DNA of 64,000 nucleotides from Promethearchaeia archaeon (GCA_029856045.1 JAHQWG010000016.1:352001-416000), one strand, 5' to 3'. Positions 49,059 through 58,891 are shown, counted from the first letter of the stretch. Numbers and translations: made by a program. The notes: a model not told the origin generated them from the letters alone.

Positions 49059-50201
49059 TTAGAAACATCGATGTATTACTTGAGGTCCCATCTCTTTATA
49101 TTCTCGACGAGTCACCCACATTCTGTGAAATGTTTTGAGCGACGCCAAAATGGAGCCACCAATCCATACACTGTACATTCGTTCTGGGGGCGCTATAATT
49201 TTAACGTCAACGCTTTCAGGAATTTGTTCTTTTATCTCCTTAGTCAATCGTTCTTTTAACCCTGGATACATTGTAGAACCACCGGAAAGAACGATATTTC
49301 CATAGAGATCTCTTCTTAAATCGACATCACATTCAGAAATTGAACTCACTATGATATCATCCAGAGGTTCTAATTCTTTTCCAATTACAGATGGATTAAA
49401 GAAACATTCTGGTGCAAGGAATCTCTCAACTCCAACATTAATTGTTTCCCCATCGGGTAACATATAGGATTTTTCCATACCTGCTACTTTCTTGGAAAGC
49501 ATCATTTCCTTTTCTGGATCGACAGCTACATAGCATAATTTCTCTTTAATGTCTCGTACAATTTCTTTTTCAGCAGAAGTTGTAAATGCATAACCTTTTT
49601 GTCTTAATAATCTTTGTAGGTAATTAGTAATATCTCTACCTGCAAGGTCAATTCTTTGAATTGCATGGCTTAATGCGAATCCTTCGAATATTGGGACAAC
49701 GTGTGAAACACCATCTCCAATATCTATAACGCATCCAGTGGTACGACCAGAGGCATAAAGAGATAACACTGCTTGCATAGCAACATATAACGCAGGGACA
49801 TTAAAGGTTTCAAACATAATTTCAGCCATTTTTTCTCTATTCGGTCTTGGGTTTAATGGTGCTTCGGTTAAAAGCACTGGATGTTCGCTAGGATCGATAC
49901 GAAGATCAGTATAAAAGGTATAATGCCATATTTTTTCCATAGCGGTCCAGTCTTCAATAATACCATGTTCGACAGGAAACATTAATTTGAGGACACCTTT
50001 GAGTTGTAATGCTTCTTCCCCAATATAATACTCTCTAGTATAGTGCTCTACATCCGTCATTATACTTTCATATTTAGGATATCCTATAAGCGTTGGAAAC
50101 ACGGATCGTGGCTGATCTTCTCCAGCAAAACCATTCTTTGAAATACCAGTTCCATTATCTACGACCAAGGCTTTAGCGGAAAGAAAATCTTCTTCAGACA
50201 T
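49059..50201 (-). CDS. Lokiactin (Asgard actin)
   Basis: [80 protein letters not shown] and C-terminal HRCF. Confidence 0.97.
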   Translation of the reverse strand: MSEEDFLSAKALVVDNGTGISKNGFAGEDQPRSVFPTLIGYPKYESIMTDVEHYTREYYIGEEALQLKGVLKLMFPVEHGIIEDWTAMEKIWHYTFYTDLRIDPSEHPVLLTEAPLNPRPNREKMAEIMFETFNVPALYVAMQAVLSLYASGRTTGCVIDIGDGVSHVVPIFEGFALSHAIQRIDLAGRDITNYLQRLLRQKGYAFTTSAEKEIVRDIKEKLCYVAVDPEKEMMLSKKVAGMEKSYMLPDGETINVGVERFLAPECFFNPSVIGKELEPLDDIIVSSISECDVDLRRDLYGNIVLSGGSTMYPGLKERLTKEIKEQIPESVDVKIIAPPERMYSVWIGGSILASLKTFHRMWVTRREYKEMGPQVIHRCF

Positions 50202-50619
50202 TGTATTTTACCAATTTATTTTTATTTAATATTTATTTTTATTCTTAATATAAAATTACATATATTTTTGGCTTTATAATTTTATATTTTTTAAGTGGAT
50301 ATTTTCACATTTTTTTATTAATTAACTTAAAGTTAATTTATATATGCTATTTTTTATATTTATATGTTTTTATCTGATTCGATATTAAATGAATGCTTTA
50401 TGGTTCAGAGATGAGGAAATTATTACCACATATTGAAAAAATTCTTAGAGTTTATTGATTTATGTTAATACAAATATCTCAATTATTAGATAAAAAAATC
50501 TAAAAAAATTTAAATGTTAATATTTAATGAATTTCTAAATACTAGAAATATTAATGATAATTTCTCAATATATGACAATGAGAAAAAATAAACTTTAACT
50601 AATTAAAAGGAAGTAAGTT

Positions 50620-51522
50620 ATGTTAACAGGAATTCATTTTCTTCTGACCTATGCCTGCAATTTTGAATGTGATCACTGTTTTTTGTATTGTGGACCGAAT
50701 TCAGAGGGAACATTTACACTTAAGCAAATAAGGAACGTTCTTGATGAGGCAACCAAAATTGGGACGATAGAACGGATTTATTTTGAAGGTGGTGAACCAT
50801 TTCTTTACTATCCGCTTATGGTTGAGGGGATCAAGATTGCACGTAATAGAGGATTTAAGGTTGGCATAGTTACAAATTCATATTGGGCAACATCTATTGA
50901 AGATGCCTCACTTTGGCTTAAAATAATCCGAGATCTTGAAGTTTCGGATTTCAGCGTTAGTGATGACTTATTTCATTTTAAAGAAGATAAAGAAAATCCC
51001 GCTAAAATAGCTTTCAAAGCTGGGAAGAAACTGAATTTGCCTATGAGTTCGATATCTATTGAGGAACCTACTGTTGAAGTTGAAATGAACAAGGAACAGG
51101 AAAAAGGAACACCAGTTATCGGTGGAGGTGCTATGTTTAGAGGAAGGGCTGTCGAAAAGTTAATTGAAGGATTACCTCTAAGATGGTGGGAAGAATTTAA
51201 CCAATGCCCTTATGAAGATTTAAGAGATCCTGGGAGAGTTCACGTTGATTCATTTGGAAACGTCCATCTATGCCAAGGATTGAGTTTAGGTAATATGTGG
51301 GAAACACCCTTATCACAGTTGATCAAGAAATATAATGCTGATTCACATCCAATCTGCGGACCTTTAATTAGAGGAGGTCCTACCCAATTAGTTAAGGAAT
51401 ATGATATTAAACATGAAGATAAATATGTTGATGAATGTCATATGTGCTATCTTGCTCGTTTAGCGTTAATAGATAAATTCCCAGAATATCTTACTCCAAG
51501 ACAGGTATACGGATTAGAATAG
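50620..51522 (+). CDS. Radical SAM protein with extra C-terminal Cys ligands (SPASM/twitch-like)
   Basis: CNFECDHC, EGGEP and C-terminal cysteines including DECHMC. Confidence 0.85.
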   Translation: MLTGIHFLLTYACNFECDHCFLYCGPNSEGTFTLKQIRNVLDEATKIGTIERIYFEGGEPFLYYPLMVEGIKIARNRGFKVGIVTNSYWATSIEDASLWLKIIRDLEVSDFSVSDDLFHFKEDKENPAKIAFKAGKKLNLPMSSISIEEPTVEVEMNKEQEKGTPVIGGGAMFRGRAVEKLIEGLPLRWWEEFNQCPYEDLRDPGRVHVDSFGNVHLCQGLSLGNMWETPLSQLIKKYNADSHPICGPLIRGGPTQLVKEYDIKHEDKYVDECHMCYLARLALIDKFPEYLTPRQVYGLE

Positions 51523-51523
51523 G

Positions 51524-51539
51524 AATCACAAAAGTGATT
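51524..51539. terminator. Short hairpin immediately after the radical SAM stop codon
   Basis: AATCAC-AAAA-GTGATT perfect inverted repeat between convergent genes. Confidence 0.3.
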
Positions 51540-51616
51540 TAATCATAATACATTGTTGTTATGCATAACTTTTAATGATAATGAGAGAAAGAAACATAGT
51601 TTTTAATATTAAAAAC

Positions 51617-52753
51617 TTAACGAGTAATCATCAACTGCTCTAACTCTTCTCTCATTTTTTTAATTTTAGGTTTTTCAAAATGCTCTCGAGCTGGACTCAA
51701 AATATCAATTATCTTATTTGCAATGCCATTTTTTAGGTCGAGAGGATGAATTTTTTTATCTAAAAATGCATCTTCCAATTCTTGGTAGGAAAAAAATTCT
51801 ATATCGCCACCATATTGCGCAGACCTCTCGATCAGAAAATGAGAGTCTTTTTCTCTGAAGAAAATTGATTTTGCCCAATCTAAAATTGGATTAAATGTTA
51901 TATTACCTTCAGGACAGAATGCAGATTGTATTTTATTTTTTATTTCTTGAGGGCTATCATGAATGAAGACAGCTGATTTTGGTACCGATTTGCTCATTTT
52001 CATTTGAGCCCATAATTCTTGCAGTTGAAATTCATCTGAAACTGGCCATATTAGTGGTTTTTGTAACCCTAAGATTAAATGATGATGGACGCAAATAGGC
52101 TTAATTTTATCGCCAGTTGTATTCACTAGGTTATTCTTCTTCATTTTCATTGCAACGTCTCGAGCAATCACATGAGCTTTTCTTTGGTCATAACCGGCGT
52201 GAGCAAAATTAATATTTTGGATAAAAATATCAGCAACTTGCATAGCTGGGTATAATAATTTTGCGAAATCAATATTTTCTCCCATTTTCCTCCCCATTAT
52301 TGTAATGCTCCTTTGCATTCGGTTTAAAGTTGTATTTTTACAAACATCGATGACTGTTTCCCAATAATTATCGTTGTAATGATATAACTCTGTGCCAAGC
52401 GCGAAATCAACCTTATCTGGGTCAGCTCCAACGCACAGTAAGCTTGCCTTTAACCCTTCTTTAAAATATCCAACTGCAACTTCCTTAATTTTTTCCATAT
52501 CACCTCCCAATTTGTCGTTGATATAACTATGCCAATCAGCTAGGAAAATTGAGCATTTTATTCCAGCATCCAAAAAATCTTTAATTTTACCCATACAGAT
52601 AAGCCCAGTTCCTAAATGAATCTTTCCCGAAACTTCGAAGCCAATATAGTGATTTAGGGGGATCCCTGTTCCAAGATAAAGTTTTAAATCGTCATCAGTA
52701 AGTACTTCTTCAGTCCCTCTTTTAATTAAGTTAAATTTTTCTTCAACGTCCAT
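51617..52753 (-). CDS. tyrS: Tyrosine--tRNA ligase
   Basis: YIGFEVSGKIHLG (HIGH-like), ADWH, LYPAMQVAD, G.DQRKAH, KMSKS and AFCP. Confidence 0.96.
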   Translation of the reverse strand: MDVEEKFNLIKRGTEEVLTDDDLKLYLGTGIPLNHYIGFEVSGKIHLGTGLICMGKIKDFLDAGIKCSIFLADWHSYINDKLGGDMEKIKEVAVGYFKEGLKASLLCVGADPDKVDFALGTELYHYNDNYWETVIDVCKNTTLNRMQRSITIMGRKMGENIDFAKLLYPAMQVADIFIQNINFAHAGYDQRKAHVIARDVAMKMKKNNLVNTTGDKIKPICVHHHLILGLQKPLIWPVSDEFQLQELWAQMKMSKSVPKSAVFIHDSPQEIKNKIQSAFCPEGNITFNPILDWAKSIFFREKDSHFLIERSAQYGGDIEFFSYQELEDAFLDKKIHPLDLKNGIANKIIDILSPAREHFEKPKIKKMREELEQLMITR

Positions 52754-53017
52754 ATTAGGAAATAAAAAACCCCTCTTTAATTATTTTATTAATAACATGG
52801 GTTTAAAGCAAGTAACTTTTAACTCCATTCTAATGGAGATTCTCTAATATTTTAAGATTACTTTTCTAAAACAATGGATATAACAATATTTCAATCTAAA
52901 TTAGATGTTATTAATCCAATCCATAAAAAACTTTAAATTGTTGATAAATAAAAATTATTTAATTATCTGAATTCAATTAAATAAAGTGATTAAAAACCAA
53001 AATCAAGTGAATAAAAT

Positions 53018-53725
53018 ATGAGTGTAAAAACATTTTTCGAAAATCTTTGCTTATTTGTGGGTGGAACTGTTTTAATCTTAGGAAATATATATCACGATGT
53101 TATGTTTATTACTATAGGTTCATTAATGGGAGTGATTTCTCTTGTTCTAGCAATATTGATAACAATTGAAAAGAAAGATGAGGAGAATCTCACGGAAAAG
53201 ATATATTATAATGCTCTTAATTATCTCTATATCGTTGGAATAATTTTAACTATTGGATTCCCTATTGCAGATCCTACAGTACAACGACTCTTATTTGATG
53301 TCGCATTGACTATTGCTACATTTATGATTCTTATTTTTATATGGAATATTTTATATTTTAAATATAGCTTTATGAAAATTGATATAGCAGACACAGATTT
53401 TCGAGATCCAACTAAAAAAATATTACTTCCTAGATTCCTTCTTGTATCATTACTCTTAGGCTTTATACTCGGAGGTATCAATTTCGTTATAAAATTTTTA
53501 TATACCTCTATTTCTGTTAGTACTGGTTCAAGCGACACAGCTTTCAAGATGTCAAGTTATATTTTACTTATAGTAGTGGCAGTATTTGTTTTAATACTAA
53601 TCTTTTATCAAAAATTCCAGAAAATGGGCGAAAAAATTAAAGAGAGTAAAAAGGAAAAACCCAAGAAACCTACAAAGAAAAAGCAAGAATCCAAAAAAGA
53701 AACACCTCCTACTCCAGAAAAATAA
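53018..53725 (+). CDS. Hypothetical 6-TM membrane protein with Lys/Pro-rich tail
   Basis: Six hydrophobic segments and a charged C-terminus. Confidence 0.65.
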   Translation: MSVKTFFENLCLFVGGTVLILGNIYHDVMFITIGSLMGVISLVLAILITIEKKDEENLTEKIYYNALNYLYIVGIILTIGFPIADPTVQRLLFDVALTIATFMILIFIWNILYFKYSFMKIDIADTDFRDPTKKILLPRFLLVSLLLGFILGGINFVIKFLYTSISVSTGSSDTAFKMSSYILLIVVAVFVLILIFYQKFQKMGEKIKESKKEKPKKPTKKKQESKKETPPTPEK

Positions 53726-53762
53726 AAACTATAAAAGAAATAAAATTAGAAGAAAATCCAAG

Positions 53763-54398
53763 TTATTTTTTATTTATCTTTATAATTGAAAGAACTTCCT
53801 TTATCTCTTCTAAAAACTTAGTTTCATTGCGAAATAGGATTCCAATCATTCCAATTTGTTCAGCCACTTTAACATTTTTTCTGTTATCATCAATGAAAAT
53901 GCATTCACTCGGCTTATAATTTATATGCTCTAATATATATAAAAATATTTTAGGGTCTGGTTTTATCATTCCAAGTTCATATGAGTAAAAAACTTGGTTA
54001 AAATGTTCTCGGAAGTCTATTATATTTTTTGCAAGAAATTCTACATGCAAGGGGTTGGTATTTGAAAGAGCAAAAACATTATACTTCTTATCTTGTTTTA
54101 TTTTTTTTATAAAATCAAGAAGCTTATAGTTAAGTGAATCAAAAATGCTATTGAACATATTAAAAAATTCTTCTTTACCTACATCTTGAAATTGAAATCT
54201 TTTTTTCGCTTCCCAATAAAAATCTTCTTTAGAAAATAAGCCCTTATCAAATTTTTCGATTGGCTCCCATAGATCTTTATAAATATTAATCTCTTTATTG
54301 TCTGATACTGGGAGTATTTTCTTGTAAAAATCTCTCATATTCAGATTAACAATAACGTTGCCAAGATCAAAAATTAAAGCCTTGATTGTGTTGTTCAT
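53763..54398 (-). CDS. HAD family phosphatase (YihX-like)
   Basis: IFDLGNV, LSNTN, KPDP.IF and FIDD. Confidence 0.9.
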   Translation of the reverse strand: MNNTIKALIFDLGNVIVNLNMRDFYKKILPVSDNKEINIYKDLWEPIEKFDKGLFSKEDFYWEAKKRFQFQDVGKEEFFNMFNSIFDSLNYKLLDFIKKIKQDKKYNVFALSNTNPLHVEFLAKNIIDFREHFNQVFYSYELGMIKPDPKIFLYILEHINYKPSECIFIDDNRKNVKVAEQIGMIGILFRNETKFLEEIKEVLSIIKINKK

Positions 54399-54500
54399 AT
54401 TTAAATAAAGTAAAGAATGAAAGGATTAAAATATTCTTTTTAAAACAATGTAGTAAAAAAATCTTGCCTTTATGTCTTAGAAGAACAGCGATAAATAAAA

Positions 54501-55013
54501 TTATGCACGTATAATTACCTTTACTAACCCTTTTTTGCGTAACTTTTCCATCATTTGTTCTATTTCTTCAACAGACTTTTCAGCAATCGCGGCAACCTGT
54601 TCTAACGAGCTGTTTCCATCACAAATCTTCAAAACTTTATATTCTTCGGGAGTGAGCATTCCAAATTGTATTGAAATCTCTGAAACTTCTTTAACAACTA
54701 TTGGAATTCGAGCACCTACACCACCGTAAGATTCAGTAGCTGGAGCTTCACCAAAAAATGCTTTGGCTCCTGTGATCTCATATTTATCATTTATATAAAT
54801 ATGGATATTATGTTCTTCCCCAGATCTATCATCTGGATTATCGAGATCCGGTTTTGAATTAACATGTGGATAGCGCTTAGTATAAATACCAGTTTGAAGA
54901 CCATTGTGAATTTCTTCTTTATCAATCGTCAAAGGGACCATTTCTTGACATATATCACACCAGACCCAGGCCTCTATCAGTTTAAAATATTTTTTTACTT
55001 TATTTATAGGCAT
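54501..55013 (-). CDS. Hypothetical protein: CxxC/His N-terminal domain plus C-terminal winged helix
   Basis: CDIC...H...H at the N-terminus; VLKICDG..SLEQVA......LRKKGLV at the C-terminus. Confidence 0.7.
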   Translation of the reverse strand: MPINKVKKYFKLIEAWVWCDICQEMVPLTIDKEEIHNGLQTGIYTKRYPHVNSKPDLDNPDDRSGEEHNIHIYINDKYEITGAKAFFGEAPATESYGGVGARIPIVVKEVSEISIQFGMLTPEEYKVLKICDGNSSLEQVAAIAEKSVEEIEQMMEKLRKKGLVKVIIRA

Positions 55014-55235
55014 AATTAAACCAATATATCATATAAATTAAATAAATATTACTACATTTTTAGAGCACAGATAATATAATAAAAATAGTTTTGTTAGAAT
55101 TTAAATATTAAATCATAATTTATGTTCGGCATGTAATAATCGAAAATCCAGAAAAAATTGAAGACCTATATTTTTTAATTATTAATCTCATTTCATACTT
55201 AATAAGATTAATAATAAAAATAAGGAAGATCTACG

Positions 55236-56120
55236 ATGCCAAAAGCAAAGGTAAATAATATAGAGATTGAATATGAGACAATCGGGGACCCAATTTCAAA
55301 ACCGTTGTTATTGATAGCCGGACTGGGAAGCCAGATGCTTGCTTGGTCGGATGAGATGTGCGAAAGTTTTGCAAATCGTGGCTTTTTTGTCATAAGATTC
55401 GACAACCGAGATATTGGCTTGTCAACAAAACTTGAAGATGCAGGTATGCCGGACTTTATGGAGATTAATGCTGTCTATGCCAGTGGAGAAATACCCAAAT
55501 TACCATACACTTTAGAGGATATGGCTGGTGATGCCATTGGTGTCTTGGATGCTCTGAATATTGATAAAGCACACGTTTTCGGTGCTTCTATGGGTGGAAT
55601 GATAGCACAGATTATAGCATATACCCATCCATCTCGGGTGCTATCTCTCACAGTAATTATGAGCACAACTGCAAATCCCGAACTACCTCCTTCGAAGCCA
55701 GAAATCTTAATGCAATTCTTTGCACCTGTTTCTTCAGAGCGCGAGGCATATATTGAAGAAATGGTCAAGCGCGATAGTCTCATTCACGGCACTTTTGCTT
55801 ATGATGAAGATCAATCAAGAGAGTATAGAACAAAGGAGTATGATCGCAGTTATTATCCTGAAGGGGTAGCGCGCCAATTAGCAGCAATGGCTGTTCCTGG
55901 CAATATTAAACCCAAAATTTCAGCAATACGAGCGCCTACGCTTGTTATTCATGGGAGTGAAGATCCATTTAACCTTGTTGAAGCGGGCAAAGATATCGCA
56001 GCAACGATACCTGGAGCAGAATTATTGATCTTGGATGGAATGGGGCACATTTTTCCCCGTGAAGTCTTACCACGAATTGTAAACGCATTAGTCGCAAATA
56101 GCAACAAGATTGGTAATTAG
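55236..56120 (+). CDS. Alpha/beta hydrolase (esterase), bacterial-like
   Basis: RFDNRDIGLS, GASMGGMIAQ, HGSEDP and GMGH; visibly GC-richer than its flanks. Confidence 0.88.
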   Translation: MPKAKVNNIEIEYETIGDPISKPLLLIAGLGSQMLAWSDEMCESFANRGFFVIRFDNRDIGLSTKLEDAGMPDFMEINAVYASGEIPKLPYTLEDMAGDAIGVLDALNIDKAHVFGASMGGMIAQIIAYTHPSRVLSLTVIMSTTANPELPPSKPEILMQFFAPVSSEREAYIEEMVKRDSLIHGTFAYDEDQSREYRTKEYDRSYYPEGVARQLAAMAVPGNIKPKISAIRAPTLVIHGSEDPFNLVEAGKDIAATIPGAELLILDGMGHIFPREVLPRIVNALVANSNKIGN

Positions 56121-56244
56121 AATAGTTTAAAAACTATTTAGTTAAAAAAAACTTTAATAATATTAATAAATAGATTCTAATCTCTTCCAATCTAGATTAT
56201 AGTTTATTAGAATAATCTTTATTGATGTAAATATAAATTTAATA

Positions 56245-56358
56245 CTTAATTCGGAACTCGAGGCGTCAAAAATTCGTCTACTTGAATATGAAAGCAAAGA
56301 AGTATTTGATCAATTTGGTGCACAGTCCATAAACTCGTGCATTAAAGCGAGGGTGTGA
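56245..56358 (+). pseudogene. Possible remnant of an ATP-grasp acyl-CoA synthetase/SucC-like gene
   Basis: Start-less frame reading ...KIRLLEYESKEVFDQFG... then TGA at 56356-56358. Confidence 0.3.
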
Positions 56359-56465
56359 TATCCAGGTGATACGAGGGAAAGGGACTTAAAGCTTGCGAAA
56401 TTATTTATGTCGTTATAAATAGATTCAAAAAAATAAAATATTAAAGTTATAGATAATTTTTTTAA

Positions 56466-56633
56466 ATGATTATGGAACAATGTTCATGTTGCGGTAGAAA
56501 AATTACTCCATATGAAAACGCGGTTCATTTCCCATGTCCAAATTGCGGAGACGTAACAATTTGGCGTTGTGAAAAATGTAGAGAAGCGGGTAACAGTTAC
56601 ACTTGCATTAAATGCGATTTTCTTGGCCCTTAA
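56466..56633 (+). CDS. Small double zinc-finger protein (HVO_2753/DUF1610 family), absent from the ORF track
   Basis: 55 aa: MIMEQCSCCGRKITPYENAVHFPCPNCGDVTIWRCEKCREAGNSYTCIKCDFLGP. This family commonly lies directly upstream of EF-1beta in archaea. Confidence 0.9.
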   Translation: MIMEQCSCCGRKITPYENAVHFPCPNCGDVTIWRCEKCREAGNSYTCIKCDFLGP

Positions 56634-56720
56634 TTAACTATAAATAATATTTATTATGTAACATTAAAATTTATCAAACTTACTCATATAATATTTAAAT
56701 TTTAAGAAGGTTATAAGGAA

Positions 56721-56990
56721 ATGGGAAAATTTTATGTTGGAATAATTGAGGTAATTCCAGAGGGTATTGATGCTGATTTTAATAAAATCGTAGAAGAATT
56801 AAAAAAAAGACTTCCTGAAGATGCTTCACTTGTAAAATATGATCAAATCCCGATCGCTTTTGGATTGGAAAAATTGAGAGTACAGGTAAAATTCCCAGAA
56901 GAAATGGGTTCAGCCGACTCAATTGAAGAAGATTGGGTTCAAATTGAAGGAATTCAACGTGTAGAAACAATTTTGATTTCAAAGGCGTGA
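56721..56990 (+). CDS. ef1b: Elongation factor 1-beta
   Basis: PIAFGL..L motif, 89 aa, and synteny with the zinc-finger gene. Confidence 0.92.
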   Translation: MGKFYVGIIEVIPEGIDADFNKIVEELKKRLPEDASLVKYDQIPIAFGLEKLRVQVKFPEEMGSADSIEEDWVQIEGIQRVETILISKA

Positions 56991-57025
56991 AAGTTAAACG
57001 TTCTCTACAAACACTTTTTTTATAT

Positions 57026-58876
57026 TTATACTATTCTTTTAAACATCTTATCAAGCTCTCTAAAGGAAATTACTCTAAACGTGGGCCTTCCATGTGCGCA
57101 ATGATATGGGTCTTTGCATTTTGATAGATCTATAACCAACCTTCTAATGTCTTTCGTTGTGAGATAATCCCCTCCCCGAATGCTTTTATGACATGCAAGA
57201 TAATTGATAATCCCCTCTTCAGATTCGGAGAAACTTTGCTGTTTTCCCATATATGCGATTTCCTCGATCATATCTTTAAGCACATCTAGTTTGGGGAGCT
57301 TTTCAAAAATTGCTGGTATCGCCCTTAAAATAAAAGTATTCCCTCCAAATTTTTCTAATTCGAATCCAAATTTATTTATTTCGTTTAAATGTTCTTTTAA
57401 AAAAAAGGATTCAGCTGGAGAGATATTAATTTTTAAGGGAGAAATTAATTGCTGTTTTTGAACTTTCGAACCTCTATATTGATTTAAAAACTTTTCTTTC
57501 ATAATACGTTCAGAAGCTGCATGTTGGTCTATAATCAATATTGCCGGGTTACCATTCTCATCCTTACTTTCAAATAGCACATATATATGATTACTCAATT
57601 GTCCTGTTCTGGAGATAAATCGCATCTTAGGTAGAGTTTTCGTGATAATTTCAAATTTTTCTTCAAATTTACCCTCGGACGTTAGTTTAGTTTGTATCAT
57701 TTCCTTCGATTTTGCTGAATCGATAATGTTTGAACCAGATTGAAAATTTAATAGTTGTTCTTTCGCTATTATAGATTGATCATCTATATTAACTGTAATA
57801 TTTTTTAAATCAGATTGAATTTCCTCTTTCTCTTTGTCAATAAATGTTTCCAACGGTTGTGTAATTATTTCCTCCTTTTTTGGTAGGAATAACTCATCCA
57901 AATGAGCCTTTAATGCATTTTCTATGAATGGAAATAAAATTTTTTCATTATTAAAGCGAACAGTCATCTTTTGGGGATGAATATTAAAGTCTACAAAAGC
58001 AGGATTTATATCCAAATTTAAAATAAAGAATGGAAACCTCCCAACCATTAAGAAACCTTTATACGCATCCTTAATTACTTCAAAAAATTTATCAGATACA
58101 ACATATCTCTTATTAAGAAATAAACTGGAACTATTTCTTTTTTTTTTCGAAATTTCTGGGTCGCCTAGCAAGCCGGACAATGCAAATAGCCCATCCGGAT
58201 GGATATAATCGATTGGATACATTTTTTTCGCAGTTTCTTTTCCATATATATGGAAAACCATATCTTTTAAATCATCTGAAGATGGACAATTAAGAATATC
58301 TAAATCATTGTGTTGATAAACAAAATGAATTTGAGGATAACCTAAGACATATCTAGTGATTACATCGGTAATATGACCAAGTTCCACCCTGTTAGTTTTT
58401 AAAAATTTTTGTCTCGCAGGAATATTATAGAATAGATTTTTTACTTTAATATTCGTTCCGACAGGAGCTGAAATTTCCTTTTTTTCAATAACCGCCCCGC
58501 CATGAATTACGATGGTCGGACTTAAATCATCATTTTTAGTGTGTGTTATTAATTCTACTTGTGAAACTACTGCGATACTACTAAGAGCTTCTCCCCGAAA
58601 TCCTAATGTTGTTAGAGTATCTAAATCTTCAAATTTCTCAATTTTTCCGCTTGTATAACGATCAAAAGCGATTTCTACATCCTCTTTTTCAATACCGCAC
58701 CCATCATCAATTACTTGAATTAAACTTTTTCCAGCATTTTTAATGATAATCTTGATGTTCTTTGCGCCTGCATCAATCGAATTTTCCACCAATTCTTTAA
58801 CAACAGAAGCAGGGCGTTCAACAACTTCTCCTGCAGCAATTTTTTCGAAATCAATTATTTTTTTTATTCGCCGCAT
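57026..58876 (-). CDS. mutL: DNA mismatch repair endonuclease MutL
   Basis: IAAGEVVERPASVVKELVENS.DAG, GFRGEAL, DQHAASER, ACH and CAHGRP. Confidence 0.96.
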   Translation of the reverse strand: MRRIKKIIDFEKIAAGEVVERPASVVKELVENSIDAGAKNIKIIIKNAGKSLIQVIDDGCGIEKEDVEIAFDRYTSGKIEKFEDLDTLTTLGFRGEALSSIAVVSQVELITHTKNDDLSPTIVIHGGAVIEKKEISAPVGTNIKVKNLFYNIPARQKFLKTNRVELGHITDVITRYVLGYPQIHFVYQHNDLDILNCPSSDDLKDMVFHIYGKETAKKMYPIDYIHPDGLFALSGLLGDPEISKKKRNSSSLFLNKRYVVSDKFFEVIKDAYKGFLMVGRFPFFILNLDINPAFVDFNIHPQKMTVRFNNEKILFPFIENALKAHLDELFLPKKEEIITQPLETFIDKEKEEIQSDLKNITVNIDDQSIIAKEQLLNFQSGSNIIDSAKSKEMIQTKLTSEGKFEEKFEIITKTLPKMRFISRTGQLSNHIYVLFESKDENGNPAILIIDQHAASERIMKEKFLNQYRGSKVQKQQLISPLKINISPAESFFLKEHLNEINKFGFELEKFGGNTFILRAIPAIFEKLPKLDVLKDMIEEIAYMGKQQSFSESEEGIINYLACHKSIRGGDYLTTKDIRRLVIDLSKCKDPYHCAHGRPTFRVISFRELDKMFKRIV

Positions 58877-58891
58877 AAATAATTACCTCTA

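Noticed and set aside
51538-51569. Chromosomal dif site
   Set aside because: The arms resemble Xer sites but the spacer is 10 bp rather than 6 bp, so it was kept only as a low-confidence finding.
56988-56990. TGA stops (ef1b, and fen1 at 15278) as selenocysteine read-through
   Set aside because: Both proteins end at their normal family length and no SECIS-like element is evident nearby.
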